From: Faecousia sp.
Lineage (GTDB): Bacteria > Bacillota > Clostridia > Oscillospirales > Oscillospiraceae
NCBI GenBank assembly: GCA_045590835.1
Contig: JAZNRW010000035.1
Location: 1-58,773 of the forward strand
Length of the DNA stretch: 58,773 nt
Direction: 5' to 3'
The position numbers and the translations under genes are program-made. Each line of letters begins with the position of its first letter. Positions within the stretch are counted from its first letter, which is position 1. The notes below the pieces were generated by a model. It saw nothing but the letters and a program-made list of their open reading frames with translations. It searched no databases and was not told the origin of the DNA. This document shows positions 29,389 through 39,239 of the stretch, in pieces.

Positions 29389-30576
29389 ATGAATATTTTG
29401 ATCTGCAATGTAGGCAGCACATCCCTAAAGTACCAGCTCTTTGATATGGATGCCGGGGAAAAGGTCCTGGCATCCGGCGGCGCGGAGCGAGTGGGCGCTG
29501 CTAAGAGCAGTTTCTATCACAATAACCATCTTAGCGGCACTTCGGTTCGCAGCGACGAGGTATTTCCCTCTCATCGTGAGGCTATCTCCGCTATGCTGGT
29601 GCAGCTGCTAGACAGTTGCGTGGAATCTCTGGATGAGATCTCCTGTGTGGGATTTAAGGTCGTCCACGCCAAGGGCATCACCGGCGTGCAGTATTTAACC
29701 GACGATGTGCTGCAGGCTATGGCTGATTTCAATTCTGTGGCGCCTGCCCATAATCCGCCTTACATTGCAGCAATCCGACAGTTCCGTGACTTGATGCCGG
29801 ACACCCCGCTGATCGGCTCCTTTGAAACAGCTTTCCATGCCCAAATGCCTCCGGAGGCCTATCTGTATCCCATTTCTCCCGAACTGAGCAAGGAGCATGG
29901 GATCCGCCGTTACGGATTCCATGGCGCATCACTGGAATATCTGTCCGGCTGGACTGCAGAAAAGATGGGACGAAAAGATTTGAAGCTGGTATGCTGCCAC
30001 TTGGGTGGTAGCGGTAGCCTGTGCGCCGTCAAAAACGGCATTAGCATAGACACCACTATGGGTATGGGCCTGCAATGCGGTGTGTTGCAGAACAATCGTA
30101 TCGGCGATATGGACCCGTATATCATCTTCCATTTGGTGGAAGAATGCGGCATGAGTTTGAGCGAGGTAAAGACCATGCTCCAGACCGAGAGCGGCCTGTA
30201 CGGCATGTCCGGCTTCGTTTCCAACGACCTGCGGGATATCCAGGAAGCCGCTAAAAACGGCAATCAAGACTGCCAGAACGCTATCAAGGCCTATGCATAC
30301 GGTATCAAAAAATACATTGGCGCTTATGCGGCTGCTATGGGCGGTGTAGATGCCATTGTGTTTGGCGGCGGCATCGGCCGTAAGAGTGATCTGGTCCGGG
30401 CGATGAGCCTGGAAGGCTTGGAGTTCTTGGGCATTTCTCTGGACGAATATAAGAATGCCGTTGCCAACGGCGGAGATGATATTTCCACTTTGGGAAGTCC
30501 TGTGCGGATATTCGTGGTGGATACCAACGAGGAGATCATCGTTGCCAGAAAGGCCAAGGCGCTGTTGGAACAGTAA
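29389..30576 (+). CDS. Acetate/propionate kinase family protein, divergent
   Basis: NVGSTSLKYQL, RRYGFHG, CHLG, IKKYIGAY, TNEE; several active-site motifs altered. Confidence 0.88.
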   Translation: MNILICNVGSTSLKYQLFDMDAGEKVLASGGAERVGAAKSSFYHNNHLSGTSVRSDEVFPSHREAISAMLVQLLDSCVESLDEISCVGFKVVHAKGITGVQYLTDDVLQAMADFNSVAPAHNPPYIAAIRQFRDLMPDTPLIGSFETAFHAQMPPEAYLYPISPELSKEHGIRRYGFHGASLEYLSGWTAEKMGRKDLKLVCCHLGGSGSLCAVKNGISIDTTMGMGLQCGVLQNNRIGDMDPYIIFHLVEECGMSLSEVKTMLQTESGLYGMSGFVSNDLRDIQEAAKNGNQDCQNAIKAYAYGIKKYIGAYAAAMGGVDAIVFGGGIGRKSDLVRAMSLEGLEFLGISLDEYKNAVANGGDDISTLGSPVRIFVVDTNEEIIVARKAKALLEQ

Positions 30577-30584
30577 TAACCTAG

Positions 30585-30617
30585 AAAAAACCCGGAAGGC
30601 AATGCCTTCCGGGTTTT
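30585..30617. terminator. Bidirectional terminator (kinase / pur operon)
   Basis: aaaacccggaaggca-a-tgccttccgggtttt. Confidence 0.85.
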
Positions 30618-30627
30618 ATTGCATTTA

Positions 30628-33600
30628 TCAGCCTTTGAAATACTTGACAGCTGCCTCGAACATACGAATATCGTAGTTACCGGGCACATTCTTGTACAGC
30701 CCTGCGCCGATACGCTCGCTATGACCCATCTTACCAAAGACTCTGCCATCAGGAGAGGTAATACCCTCGATGGCAAACAAGGAGCCATTGGGATTGAAAT
30801 CGGTGTCCATGGAGGGCACGCCATCCAGATCCACATACTGGGTTGCGATCTGACCGTTGGCAGCCAGCTGCATTGCCAGTTCCTTTGAGGCGTAGAAGCG
30901 ACCCTCGCCGTGAGAGATAGGAACATTGACAATGTCGCCAATATTCATCAGCTGTAGCCACGGAGACTTATTGGAGGCGATCCGGGTGCGGACGATCTTG
31001 GATTGGTGACGGGAAATGGTGTTAAAGGTCAAAGTGGGACAATTCTCGTCAATGTCACGGATCTGACCGTAAGGCACAAGACCCAGTTTGATCAGTGCCT
31101 GGAAGCCGTTACAAATACCGCACATCAGACCGTCACGGTTATCCAGCAGGCGGGTGACCTGCTCTTTGATAGCAGGGTTGCGGAAGAATGCAGTGATAAA
31201 CTTTGCAGACCCGTCAGGCTCGTCACCGCCGGAGAACCCGCCGGGTATGAAGATCATCTGGCTTTCAGCAATCTTGGCGGAAACGGTCCCCACGCTTCTG
31301 GCAACATCCTCTGCCGTCAGGTTACCGATGACCACGATTTCCGCCTCGCCGCCGGCAGCCATCACTGCCCGAGCAGAATCATATTCGCAGTTGGTACCCG
31401 GGAAGACCGGGATCAGCACCTTAGGCTTTGCACACTTCACTACGGGAGCCTTCGCAGAACCCTCCGTATAGTTAAAAGCGGGAACATCCCTGTCCTCGGC
31501 AGGTGCCTGAGTGGGATATACATCCTCCAGCACTTCCTCGTTAAGCGCCAGCAATTCATCGATGGATGCGCTGTCGCCATCCAAAACGATAGCGGTCTCA
31601 GCGGAGGTCTGGCCGATCTTCATAACGCCGGGCAGGTCCACATCCTCTGTCAGTTCAGCCACAAGGAAACCATAGAAATTCTTGTGCCAGTTTTCACCCA
31701 CAGAACCGCAGGACTTAAAGCCAATACGGTTGCCGAAGGACATCTTCATGACTGCTTCACCCAGACCGTTCTCCACTGCCCAGGCCGCCTTTACCTTACC
31801 GGCAAGGTGCAGCTGGTGGAACTGCTCCCAAGCGTTCTTCTGACTTTCAGCAGTTTCATCGGTGGGCGCGAACAGGTATACCGGATGGTCTGCCTCCTTA
31901 AACTCGGGAGTCAGCACCTGCTCCTTCTGAATGGGGGCAATAGCAAAGGAAATCAGTGTGGGGGGTACATCCATATCCAAGAACGTACCGGACATAGAGT
32001 CCTTACCGCCTATGGCAGCTGCACCCAGCTCCAGCTGTGCATCCAGCGCGCCCAGGAGTGCCGCAAATGGCTTACCCCAGCGCTTGGGCTCTGCCTGCAG
32101 CTTTTCAAAGAATTCCTGCAGAGTCAGATATGCAGCCTTATAATCCGCACCGGCGGCTACCAGTTTGGCAACAGAGGTATAGATCGCCGCACGGGCGCCG
32201 GTATAGGGATCAATGCTCATCTGATCCGGATCCAGACCCCACGCCATCACGCTGGCCTGAGAGGTCTCCTGCCCGGGCAGCACAGGCAGAACCGCAGCCA
32301 TTGCCTGAGCAGGCGTGGTCTGGGTCTTGCCGCCAAAGGGCATCAGCACAGAGCCTGCGCCGATACTACCGTCAAATCGCTCCACAAGGCCTCTGCGGCT
32401 GGCAGTCTTTAAGTCCGCTGCCATCTCACGCAGTGAGCCGTAAAGGGCATTGCTCAGGGCAGACAGATCCTTTTCGGTAACATCTACCTTAGTATGCTTG
32501 CTGGCGCCGTTGGTATCCAGGAAGGCGCGGGAGAGGTTGGCAATGGTCTGACCCTTCCAAGTCATGACCATTCTCTCCTCCTCGGTGACAACTGCCACCA
32601 GATAGGCTTCCAGATTTCCGCTGCGAGCAGCGGAAATAAAGGCATCAGCATCCTTGGCATCCACAACCACCGCCATACGCTCCTGGGATTCGGAAATGGC
32701 GATCTCGGTACCGTCAAGGCCATCGTACTTTTTCCGCACTGCGTCCAGATCGATCTTCAGGCCGGCAGCCAGCTCACCGATGGCAACGGAAACACCGCCT
32801 GCGCCAAAGTCATTGCAGCGCTTGATAAGTCGGGTCACATCGCTGTTGCGGAACAACCGCTGGATCTTCCGCTCCTCGGGAGCATTGCCCTTCTGGACTT
32901 CGGAGGCCATGGTAGTCAGGGATTTCATATTGTGGCTCTTGGAAGAGCCGGTGGCACCGCCAATGCCGTCACGACCGGTACGGCCGCCCAGCAGAATCAC
33001 CACATCACCGGGAGCGGGACGCTCACGGCGCACATTAAAAGCAGGTGCTGCGCCCACAACCGCGCCACATTCCAGGCGCTTTGCGGCATAGCCATCGTGG
33101 TAGATCTCAGCCACATGACCGGTTGCCAGACCAATCTGGTTGCCGTAGGAAGAGTAACCGGCAGCAGCTGTCTGGCAGATCTTCCGCTGGGGAAGCTTGC
33201 CGGGGATTGTTTGATTCAAGGGTCTACGGGGATCTGCGCCGCCGGTGACACGCATTGCCTGATGGACATAAGCACGGCCGGACAGGGGGTCACGGATACA
33301 GCCGCCGATACAGGTAGCTGCGCCGCCAAAAGGCTCGATCTCTGTGGGGTGATTGTGAGTTTCGTTCTTGAACATCAGCAGCCAATCCTGCTCTTGTCCG
33401 TTAACCGTCGCATTAACATGGATAGAGCAGGCGTTGATCTCCTCGCTCTCATCCAGCTCCGGCAGCAGACCACGTTTTTTCAGCGTCTTGGCGCCAATGG
33501 TGGCAATGTCCATTAAGGTTTTAGGACGCTTGGCAGCTTTCTCCTCCCCATAGACCTCAACCCGGGCGTCCAAATCCCGCTGATAGGCGGCGGCAACTGC

Positions 33601-34320
33601 AGGGTCGTCGATCTTCACATCATCAATAATGGTGGAGAAGGTGGTATGCCGGCAATGGTCGGACCAGTAGGTATCCACCACGCGGATCTCGGTGATGGTG
33701 GGATCGCGCTTTTCATCTTCCCGGAAGTAATTCTGCAGGAATTTCAGGTCGTCCAGGTCCATTGCAAGGCCCAGTTTCTCCAAAAGCGCTGCCAATCCTT
33801 CCTCGTTCAGACTAATAAAACCATCTACAGTTGCAACGGACTGGGGAATCGCATAGTCGATCGCCAATGTTTCAGGCTTGGAAAGGTTTGCTTCACGGCA
33901 CTCCACAGGGTTGATCACATGCTTTTTGATGGCATCAATCTCCTGCTGGGTAAGCTTTCCGTACAGACCGTAGACCTTAGCAGAATGGACAAGAGGACGG
34001 TCTCCCTGAGAGATGATTTGGATACACTGGGCGGCAGAGTCTGCCCGCTGGTCGAACTGACCGGGCAGTGGCTCTACGGCGAAGACAGTTGCACCCTCCA
34101 GATCCAGCTCAGAGGTAGCAATATCCAACTGGGGTTCAGAGAACACTGTGGTAGTAGCGTAATCAAACAGCTCCCGGGTGATATTCTCTGCATCGTAGCA
34201 ATTGAGCAGACGCACATTTTCCAGAGATGCAATTCCAAGCAGATTGCGTGCATCGTTCAGAAGCGCCTTGGCCTCGTTATCCAGACCCGGTTTCTTTTCT
34301 ACATATACTCTATAAACCAA
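30628..34320 (-). CDS. purL: Phosphoribosylformylglycinamidine synthase, large fused type
   Basis: WSDHCRH, KNETHNHPT, DFGAGG, SESQERM, IGGKDSMS; glutaminase PGGFSGGD, GICNGFQ, GHSER. Confidence 0.97.
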   Translation of the reverse strand: MVYRVYVEKKPGLDNEAKALLNDARNLLGIASLENVRLLNCYDAENITRELFDYATTTVFSEPQLDIATSELDLEGATVFAVEPLPGQFDQRADSAAQCIQIISQGDRPLVHSAKVYGLYGKLTQQEIDAIKKHVINPVECREANLSKPETLAIDYAIPQSVATVDGFISLNEEGLAALLEKLGLAMDLDDLKFLQNYFREDEKRDPTITEIRVVDTYWSDHCRHTTFSTIIDDVKIDDPAVAAAYQRDLDARVEVYGEEKAAKRPKTLMDIATIGAKTLKKRGLLPELDESEEINACSIHVNATVNGQEQDWLLMFKNETHNHPTEIEPFGGAATCIGGCIRDPLSGRAYVHQAMRVTGGADPRRPLNQTIPGKLPQRKICQTAAAGYSSYGNQIGLATGHVAEIYHDGYAAKRLECGAVVGAAPAFNVRRERPAPGDVVILLGGRTGRDGIGGATGSSKSHNMKSLTTMASEVQKGNAPEERKIQRLFRNSDVTRLIKRCNDFGAGGVSVAIGELAAGLKIDLDAVRKKYDGLDGTEIAISESQERMAVVVDAKDADAFISAARSGNLEAYLVAVVTEEERMVMTWKGQTIANLSRAFLDTNGASKHTKVDVTEKDLSALSNALYGSLREMAADLKTASRRGLVERFDGSIGAGSVLMPFGGKTQTTPAQAMAAVLPVLPGQETSQASVMAWGLDPDQMSIDPYTGARAAIYTSVAKLVAAGADYKAAYLTLQEFFEKLQAEPKRWGKPFAALLGALDAQLELGAAAIGGKDSMSGTFLDMDVPPTLISFAIAPIQKEQVLTPEFKEADHPVYLFAPTDETAESQKNAWEQFHQLHLAGKVKAAWAVENGLGEAVMKMSFGNRIGFKSCGSVGENWHKNFYGFLVAELTEDVDLPGVMKIGQTSAETAIVLDGDSASIDELLALNEEVLEDVYPTQAPAEDRDVPAFNYTEGSAKAPVVKCAKPKVLIPVFPGTNCEYDSARAVMAAGGEAEIVVIGNLTAEDVARSVGTVSAKIAESQMIFIPGGFSGGDEPDGSAKFITAFFRNPAIKEQVTRLLDNRDGLMCGICNGFQALIKLGLVPYGQIRDIDENCPTLTFNTISRHQSKIVRTRIASNKSPWLQLMNIGDIVNVPISHGEGRFYASKELAMQLAANGQIATQYVDLDGVPSMDTDFNPNGSLFAIEGITSPDGRVFGKMGHSERIGAGLYKNVPGNYDIRMFEAAVKYFKG

Positions 34321-34322
34321 AC

Positions 34323-35591
34323 TTAATTCCTCCCGGCTTTCAGCGCTTTGGCGCCAATATCGTGTCGGTAATACGCATTGTCAAAGCGGATGGTCTTAAC
34401 CATACCGTAGGCGTCCTGAACCGCCTGCTCCAGGGTATCTGCCACAGCGGTAGCGCCCAGCACCCGACCACCGTTTGTGACCAGCGTACCGTCCTGAACA
34501 GCTGCACCGGCTACATACACATGATCCCAAATACATTCCGGAATCTCCATGGGGAAGCCCTTCTCATAAGCAGAGGGGTAGCCATTGGATGCCATGATCA
34601 CGCAGCAGGCATTCTTGTCTGCAAATTTCACTTCTGTTTCTGCCAGCGTGCCGTTGGTGGTAGCTTGCATAACGGTCAACAGATCGCTTTCCAGCAGAGG
34701 CAGCACCACCTGGGTCTCCGGATCACCGAAGCGGCAGTTATACTCAATAACCTTCGGGCCATTAGGGGTCAGCATCAAGCCAAAGTACAGGCAACCCTTA
34801 AAGGTGCGTCCCTCGGCATTCATAGCTTGGATGGTCGGTAGGAAAATGGTCTCCATACACTCAGTGGCAATCTCTGTAGTGTAATAGGGATTGGGCGCAA
34901 CCGTGCCCATACCACCGGTATTGAGGCCCGTATCGTCGTCTCCCGCCCGCTTGTGGTCCATAGAGGAGATCATCGGCACTACCGTCTTCCCGTCTGTAAA
35001 GGACAGCACGGATACCTCCGGGCCGGTAAGGAATTCCTCGATCACGATCCGATCACCGCTCTTGCCAAAGACCTTGTCGGACATCATGGAGCGAACCGCT
35101 TCCTTAGCCTCATCCCGGGTCATGGCGATAATGACACCTTTGCCCAGTGCCAAGCCGTCTGCCTTGATGACCGTGGGAATGGGGGCAGTTTCCAGATACC
35201 GCAATGCAGTATCCATATCCGTGAAGACCTCATAGGCTGCAGTAGGGATATTGTACTTTTTCATCAGGTTCTTGGAGAAGACCTTGCTGCCCTCAATGAT
35301 TGCCGCATTGGCTCTGGGGCCAAAGCAGGGAATGCCCTTCTCTTCCAGCGCATCCACGCAACCCAGCACCAGAGGATCATCCGGAGCAACTACCGCATAG
35401 TCAATACCGGTAGTTACAGCGAATTCTACGATCTTGTCGATCTCTTTTGCGCCAATGGCAACGCAAGTGGCATCCTTTGCGATGCCGCCGTTGCCGGGCA
35501 GAGCATAAATCTCTGTAATGGAGGAATTTTCTTTCAATTTCTTGATGATAGCATGCTCACGGCCACCACCACCAACGACCAGTATTTTCAT
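34323..35591 (-). CDS. purD: Phosphoribosylamine-glycine ligase
   Basis: GGGGREHA, KADGLALGKGV, GLNTGGMG, EYNCRFGDPETQ. Confidence 0.97.
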   Translation of the reverse strand: MKILVVGGGGREHAIIKKLKENSSITEIYALPGNGGIAKDATCVAIGAKEIDKIVEFAVTTGIDYAVVAPDDPLVLGCVDALEEKGIPCFGPRANAAIIEGSKVFSKNLMKKYNIPTAAYEVFTDMDTALRYLETAPIPTVIKADGLALGKGVIIAMTRDEAKEAVRSMMSDKVFGKSGDRIVIEEFLTGPEVSVLSFTDGKTVVPMISSMDHKRAGDDDTGLNTGGMGTVAPNPYYTTEIATECMETIFLPTIQAMNAEGRTFKGCLYFGLMLTPNGPKVIEYNCRFGDPETQVVLPLLESDLLTVMQATTNGTLAETEVKFADKNACCVIMASNGYPSAYEKGFPMEIPECIWDHVYVAGAAVQDGTLVTNGGRVLGATAVADTLEQAVQDAYGMVKTIRFDNAYYRHDIGAKALKAGRN

Positions 35592-35605
35592 AGGAGTTAC
35601 CTCTA

Positions 35606-36790
35606 TTAGTGGTGGAACAAAGGCAGGCCGGTGAAGGCCATGCCCATGCCGTTCTTGTCGCACTCTTCGATGACCAGGTCATCACGGATAGAGCCGCCGG
35701 GTTCTGCAATATAAGAAACACCGGAGGCCTTTGCCCGCTTAATGCTGTCAGCAAAGGGGAAGAATGCATCAGAACCCAGGGCAACGCCGGTACGGGTATC
35801 CAGATATGCCCGCTTTTCCTCTTCTGTCAGAGGCTCGGGACGGACGGTGAAGTAATTCTGCCAAATACCATCTGCGCAGACGTCCTCTTCGTTGCCGTTG
35901 ATGTAGCCGTCGATCACATTATCGCGACCGGGGCGACCCAGATCCTCCCGGAAGGGCAGCGCCAGGGTTTTGGGGTGCTGACGCAGGAACCAGGTATCTG
36001 CCTTGCCGCCAGCCAGACGGGTGCAGTGCACTCTGGACTGCTGTCCGGCGCCTACGCCGATAGCCTGTCCGTCATAAGCAAAGCAAACGGAGTTGGACTG
36101 GGTATATTTCAGGGTGATCAAGGAGATGATCAGGTCGATCTTGGCATCCTCGGTCAGGGTCTTATTGGCAGTGACGATGTTCTCCAGAAGATGCTCACCG
36201 ATCTTAAAATTATTGCGGCCCTGCTGAAAGGTAATGCCAAACACCTGCTTGGTCTCCTGCTCCGCAGGAACAAAAGTAGGATCGATAGCAACCACATTGT
36301 AGCTGCCCTTACGCTTGGTCTTCAGGATCTCCAGGGCCTCATCGGTGTAACCGGGGGCGATCACGCCATCGGAAACCTCCCGGGCGATCAGCTTTGCTGT
36401 CAATGCGTCACACACGTCGGACAGGGCCACCCAGTCGCCAAAGGAGCACAGCCGGTCAGCGCCGCGGGCGCGGGCATAGGCGCAAGCCAGAGGATTCTCA
36501 TCCAGACCCTCAATATCTTCCACAAAGCAAGCCTTCTTCAGTTCAAGAGGCAGCTTTTTACCCACAGCAGCGGAGGTGGGAGACACATGCTTGAAAGAGG
36601 TAACGGCACACATGCCGGTAGCCTCTTTCAGTTCCTTTACCAGCTGCCAAGAGTTAAATGCATCCAGAAAGTTAATAAAGCCAGGTCTTCCGGAGAGGAT
36701 CTGAATGGGCAGCTCGCTTCCATCGTGCATATAGATCTTTGCAGGCTTCTGATTGGGGTTACAGCCGTATTTCAGTTCAAACTCTTTCAT
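35606..36790 (-). CDS. purH: AICAR formyltransferase (PurH lacking the IMP cyclohydrolase domain)
   Basis: LKYGCNPNQ, SFKHVSP, KYTQSNSV, GAGQQSR, SDAFFPF, PGGSIRD; only 394 aa. Confidence 0.92.
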   Translation of the reverse strand: MKEFELKYGCNPNQKPAKIYMHDGSELPIQILSGRPGFINFLDAFNSWQLVKELKEATGMCAVTSFKHVSPTSAAVGKKLPLELKKACFVEDIEGLDENPLACAYARARGADRLCSFGDWVALSDVCDALTAKLIAREVSDGVIAPGYTDEALEILKTKRKGSYNVVAIDPTFVPAEQETKQVFGITFQQGRNNFKIGEHLLENIVTANKTLTEDAKIDLIISLITLKYTQSNSVCFAYDGQAIGVGAGQQSRVHCTRLAGGKADTWFLRQHPKTLALPFREDLGRPGRDNVIDGYINGNEEDVCADGIWQNYFTVRPEPLTEEEKRAYLDTRTGVALGSDAFFPFADSIKRAKASGVSYIAEPGGSIRDDLVIEECDKNGMGMAFTGLPLFHH

Positions 36791-36802
36791 ATTCCATGCT
36801 CC

Positions 36803-37537
36803 TTACACATTCTTGTTGATGATAATTTGCGTAGCTGCGCTGCCGTCCAGGGGCACAGAGCGGACAAACAGGGACACCTTGTTATCCGCATTCAAATACT
36901 CCCATACCAGCTCTGCTAGCTCCTGGGCGGTATTGGGCAGGCTGACTTCCTCCGGCTCTCCATAGAAAGAAGGAATGGGATCGCCGTCACACCGATAGGT
37001 GTGGATAAAGTGGCCGATGCCGGCACGAGGAGAATAGCTATAGAAATAGCGGTTGCAGGCAGAGGGGTCACCATTTGCAGATTTCAAAATGGACAGTTCA
37101 TAGTGGAAGGTATTGCCGGGAAAAGCGTAGTGCAAAATACCGGAAATGCGGGGTGTAAAGTTTGGTGCATCCGGCTCAAACTCCCGCAGGTGCAGCGCCT
37201 TCATAAAGGATGCTCCATCGTCTCCGTTGGTATTGATGTAGTCATAGATGGTGTTGGTCTGGTCGCCGTTTGTAATAATATCGATGTTGCCGTCAGCTGT
37301 CGTCAGATAGGGATTGTAAATAATCAAACTGGGATCGGAGAGCTTACTCTCATCATAGGCCTTAGTACGCATTCCTCCGTCAAAGGCCTCAAAGACCCGG
37401 TTGCGGCTATTAACACTGCGACCCATGATAAAGTATGCGATCATTGCATTTTTGCCATCAGCGGACTGACCGATCACAATTCCCCGACCGGGATAGGTAT
37501 TCTCCGAAAGGAGTGTCTTCAAATCATACAGAGCCAT
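36803..37537 (-). CDS. IMP cyclohydrolase-like protein (PurO-like Ntn fold)
   Basis: YPGRGI, YFIMGRSVNSRNR, DPSLIIY, TNGDQT, FEPDAPNFTPRISG. Confidence 0.85.
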   Translation of the reverse strand: MALYDLKTLLSENTYPGRGIVIGQSADGKNAMIAYFIMGRSVNSRNRVFEAFDGGMRTKAYDESKLSDPSLIIYNPYLTTADGNIDIITNGDQTNTIYDYINTNGDDGASFMKALHLREFEPDAPNFTPRISGILHYAFPGNTFHYELSILKSANGDPSACNRYFYSYSPRAGIGHFIHTYRCDGDPIPSFYGEPEEVSLPNTAQELAELVWEYLNADNKVSLFVRSVPLDGSAATQIIINKNV

Positions 37538-37542
37538 AATTT

Positions 37543-38151
37543 TCACCTTTCTTTACTGATCTTTGCAGAAACCTGCTCCACCGCTTTGGGAAGCAAAACC
37601 CACTCTGCCTGTTCCATCACCCGTTTTTGCAGGACTTCCGGTGTGTCACCCGGTAAAATGTCCACTGCTTTTTGGAGGAGGATCTCTCCCCCATCGGGGA
37701 TCTCATTCACAAAATGTACCGTTGCGCCGGTAACCTTTACGCCATAGGATAGGGCTGCTTCATGGACGCGCAATCCGTAAAAGCCCTCGCCGCAAAAAGC
37801 AGGGATCAGGGACGGATGGACATTGAGAATCCGCTTGGGATAGCAGGAAGTAAACTTCTCGCTGAGAATGGACATAAATCCCGCCAGCACGATCACATCG
37901 ATCCGGTACTCTGTTAGAATTTCTTTAATGCGGTCTTCAAACGCACCCTGGCTGCCCATCTCTTTTTTCAGCACCACTTCCCCGGCAATGCCGGCATTGG
38001 CGGCGCGGGTCAATGCATAGGCATCCCGGTTATTGGAGATAACCACTCGGATCTCACCGCTTTGGAGGATGCCGCTTTTCTGCGCATCGATCAGCGCCTG
38101 CAGGTTGGTGCCGCCGCCGGATACCAGCACAGCAATTCTCGCTTTTTCCAT
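37543..38151 (-). CDS. purN: Phosphoribosylglycinamide formyltransferase
   Basis: VSGGGTNLQA, LAGFM, NVHPSLIP, TGATVHFV. Confidence 0.97.
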   Translation of the reverse strand: MEKARIAVLVSGGGTNLQALIDAQKSGILQSGEIRVVISNNRDAYALTRAANAGIAGEVVLKKEMGSQGAFEDRIKEILTEYRIDVIVLAGFMSILSEKFTSCYPKRILNVHPSLIPAFCGEGFYGLRVHEAALSYGVKVTGATVHFVNEIPDGGEILLQKAVDILPGDTPEVLQKRVMEQAEWVLLPKAVEQVSAKISKER

Positions 38152-38165
38152 CTTAAGTCCTCACT

Positions 38166-39215
38166 TTAGCAAATGGTGATCTTCTCGTCGGATTCCACGA
38201 TCTTGCCAATTATATAGGCAGTTTCGCCGTTGGCAGTGAGGATCTCCAGAGCCTTGTCAACTTCCTCAGCCTTCACCACTATGCTCATGCCCACACCCAT
38301 ATTGTAGGTGTTGAACATATCCCGCTCGGGGATATTGCCGGTTTTGGCGATCAGATCAAAGATGGGCAGTACCTTCACTGCGCTTCTATCGATTACTGCG
38401 CCCAAACCGTCGGGAATGCTGCGGGGAATGTTTTCATAAAAGCCGCCGCCGGTGATGTGGGAAATACCCTTCACATCCACCTGCTTCAGAAGCGCCAGCA
38501 CGGACTTTACATAGATTCTGGTAGGCACCAGCAGGGCCTCAGCAACAGTTTTGCCGTCCAGCTCATCACGGGGCACATACAGATCGGGGTTGTTGTTATC
38601 AATATCAAACACCTTACGGCATAGAGAGAAACCATTGGAATGGATACCGGTAGAGGCCAGGGCGATCACCACATCACCCGCTGCCATACGGGTGTTGTCG
38701 ATAATCTTCTTCTTATCCACAACGCCTACGGCATAGCCTGCCAGATCATACTCAACCACAGGCATCAGACCGGGATGCTCCGCAGTTTCACCGCCGATCA
38801 AGGCAGCGCCGGCCTGCACACAGCCCTCTGCCACACCGCCAACGATGGTGGCAATCTTCTCGGGATAATTCTTGCCGCAGGCGATATAATCCAGGAAAAA
38901 CAGAGGCTTTGCGCCGCAGCAGATAATGTCATTGACACACATAGCAACCGCATCGATACCGATGGTATCGTGCTTATCCATCAGCATTGCCAACTTTACC
39001 TTAGTGCCGCAGCCATCGGTACCGGAGACCAGAACAGGCTCCTCCATGCCGGCAACATTCAAACCGAAGCAACCGCCAAAGCCGCCCACATCATCCAGGC
39101 AGCCTTCGTTTTTCGTGCGCTTGATATGCTTCTTCATCAGTTCCACAGACTTATAGCCAGCGGTAATATCCACACCGGCAGCTGCATAGCTCTCAGAATA
39201 GCTCTTATCTGTCAT
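38166..39215 (-). CDS. purM: AIR synthetase
   Basis: YAAAGVD, GTDGCGTK, PLFFLDY, GGETAEHP, HSNGFSL, HITGGG, NMGVG. Confidence 0.97.
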   Translation of the reverse strand: MTDKSYSESYAAAGVDITAGYKSVELMKKHIKRTKNEGCLDDVGGFGGCFGLNVAGMEEPVLVSGTDGCGTKVKLAMLMDKHDTIGIDAVAMCVNDIICCGAKPLFFLDYIACGKNYPEKIATIVGGVAEGCVQAGAALIGGETAEHPGLMPVVEYDLAGYAVGVVDKKKIIDNTRMAAGDVVIALASTGIHSNGFSLCRKVFDIDNNNPDLYVPRDELDGKTVAEALLVPTRIYVKSVLALLKQVDVKGISHITGGGFYENIPRSIPDGLGAVIDRSAVKVLPIFDLIAKTGNIPERDMFNTYNMGVGMSIVVKAEEVDKALEILTANGETAYIIGKIVESDEKITIC

Positions 39216-39239
39216 GGGAGTTCTCCTTCCATCAATTCA

